The notes beneath the pieces were generated by a model, which worked only from the letters and a program-made list of their open reading frames with translations, ran no database searches and was not told the origin of the DNA. From Octopus sinensis (lineage: Eukaryota): a stretch of DNA of 21,531 nucleotides. Where the stretch lies: contig NW_021823609.1 in NCBI RefSeq assembly GCF_006345805.1, positions 1 to 21,531 of the forward strand, read 5' to 3'. Within the stretch, counting starts at the first letter, position 1; each line of letters opens with the position of its first letter. Positions 19,611-21,531 of this stretch are shown in pieces. Made by a program: the position numbers and the translations under genes.

Positions 19611-20039
19611 GTGTGTGTTTGTGTGTATTTTATATATTGTTATTCACATCTCTGACGCGTGTGTGAATGAGCCTATTCGCTTGCTTGTATGCGTTTGTGC
19701 CTCTGTGTGTGTGTGTGTTTGTGTGGGTATGTGTGTGTGTGTGTGCGTGTGTGTATGTTTGTGTTTGTGTGTGTGTCCATATTTACCATACGCTTTGTTA
19801 TTCACATCAACACGTGTGTGCAAGCGCCATGGGTATGCGCGCACGCCTGTGCATGTGCCTTTGTCTTCATACATTTTGCTATTCACATGAACATGTGTGT
19901 GTGTGTGTGTGTGTTCATGTGTCTGTCTTACAATTTCTGTCATATAACAGCGTTGCATACATAATACAGTTACCATTCTGTGCGGCGGCCATTTTGGCAT
20001 GATTCACTTCCCTTCTTTCTTTCACTCTTACTTGCTTTC

Positions 20040-20214
20040 TTTTTCCCCTCATTCTTTCTTTCTTTCTTTCTTTCTTTTTTTCTTTCTTTCTTTCTTTCTT
20101 TCTTTCTTTCATTCATTCATTCAGTCGTTCATTCATGAAATTTTTCTACATTTTCTTCATTTGCTGGCTTTGTTTCTCTCTTTACAGCTTTTCTGGATCC
20201 TCTCTCTATCTCTC

Positions 20215-20257
<43 letters not shown>

Positions 20258-20352
20258 CTATTCTCTATGCATATTTATGGATTTTAACCTTATCAACGTG
20301 ACGTGTTATATATATATATACATACATACATATATATAACATACGTACTATT

Positions 20353-20393
<41 letters not shown>

Positions 20394-20477
20394 TACTTAC
20401 ATACACACTCACATATACATAGATGTGTGTGTATTTCTCTTTCTCTCTCTATACACACACACACCACACACGCATGC

Positions 20478-20554
<77 letters not shown>

Positions 20555-20610
20555 CACACATATCCATATACACACATACATATAGATTTGTAAATGCATA
20601 CATATATACA
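20040..20610. repeat. (TTTC)n, (CTAT)n and (TA)n microsatellites
   Basis: TTTC ~20050-20110, CTAT ~20215-20260, TA ~20305-20600. Confidence 0.9.
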
Positions 20611-20657
20611 AGTATACATATATTATTATTCCTTCGCCAAATTGTGTTAGGCATTTC

Positions 20658-21425
20658 ATTCTTCTTCTTCTTCTTCTTCTTCTTCTTCTTGTGTATGTTG
20701 GACCAAAAGCTCACAGTTTGCTATCATAAACGAAATGCAACAGCAGCACAAATGACAACAACAACAACAACAACGATAGCAACAGCAGCAGCATGAGGAA
20801 CAGCAGCAGTAGCTACAACAACAACAACAACAACAACAGCACCAAAAAAATTGCAACATGAAGTGGAATAACAACGACAGTCTCAGCAGCACCGATTGTT
20901 ATTGCATCAACATCAGAAAGCAACGTTAAATCGGCAACAACAACAACAACAGTAAACAACAACAGCAGCAGCGGCAGCAGCGGTAGCAGTAACAACAACA
21001 ACAACAATATATCCAGCAGCCATGACAGCTGTTAGCAACCATTGCTAACGACGGCCCTTTTACACCATAGTGCTAATTAGCGCTCATCGGAATTTCCTGT
21101 TGCTGACAAGTCGGTTTGGTCCCTGGTAGTTGTAACGCCAGCTCCAGCACCACTGCCGCCGCCGCCCGCCGCCACCACCAGCACCAGCACCAGCACCACC
21201 ACCACTACCACCACCACCACCACCACCACCACTACTACCACCTTCCCCACCATTGCCGCCGCCGCCACCACCGCTAACATCACTACTACTACTACTACTA
21301 CTACTATACTACTACTACTACCACCACTTAAACCACAATCACACCATCATCAGAAGCAACAGCAGCAGCACCACCACCACCACCACCTTCCCCACCACTG
21401 CCGCCGCCGCCACCACCACTACCAT

Positions 21426-21460
<35 letters not shown>
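20658..21460. repeat. Trinucleotide mosaic (TTC, CAA, CAG, CCA, CCG, CTA)
   Basis: Direct reading; produces the homopolymeric ORFs in this region. Confidence 0.9.
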
Positions 21461-21531
21461 TTGGCCTATTGAAGCTAGGATATTGAATAGTAGCCATGTA
21501 GTTTGGGTCAAAACACGAGAAATGCCAACAC

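Noticed and set aside
76-21486. Most ORFs in the six-frame track (poly-Y/I, C/V, H/T, L, N, S runs)
   Set aside because: They coincide with di- and trinucleotide microsatellites that lack stop codons, are often open on both strands, and show no recognisable domain.

Overview
Eukaryotic, repeat-saturated non-coding DNA. It is most likely intronic or intergenic sequence of an octopus (coleoid cephalopod); this is inferred from recalled SINE families and the very high microsatellite load, and was not database-checked. No intact protein-coding gene, rRNA, tRNA gene or CRISPR array is supported, and nearly all listed ORFs are microsatellite artefacts. Recognisable content: many copies or fragments of three tRNA-derived SINE families (called A, B and C here), a decayed mariner with a frameshifted transposase C-terminus, a 214-bp Tc1/mariner-type MITE, a 514-bp hAT (Charlie/Buster-like) MITE, a Helentron/HINE-like element, 32-bp and 30-bp minisatellites, and long di-, tri- and tetranucleotide tracts. 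Most notable observations: (1) a 286-bp almost spacer-less palindrome (9514-9799) whose arms each carry a degenerate hammerhead-ribozyme-like motif, a possible Penelope-derived inverted pLTR; (2) several other short-spacer palindromes and inverted SINE pairs; (3) a 30-bp minisatellite with an emerging three-monomer higher-order structure. None is demonstrated to be a functional new system.
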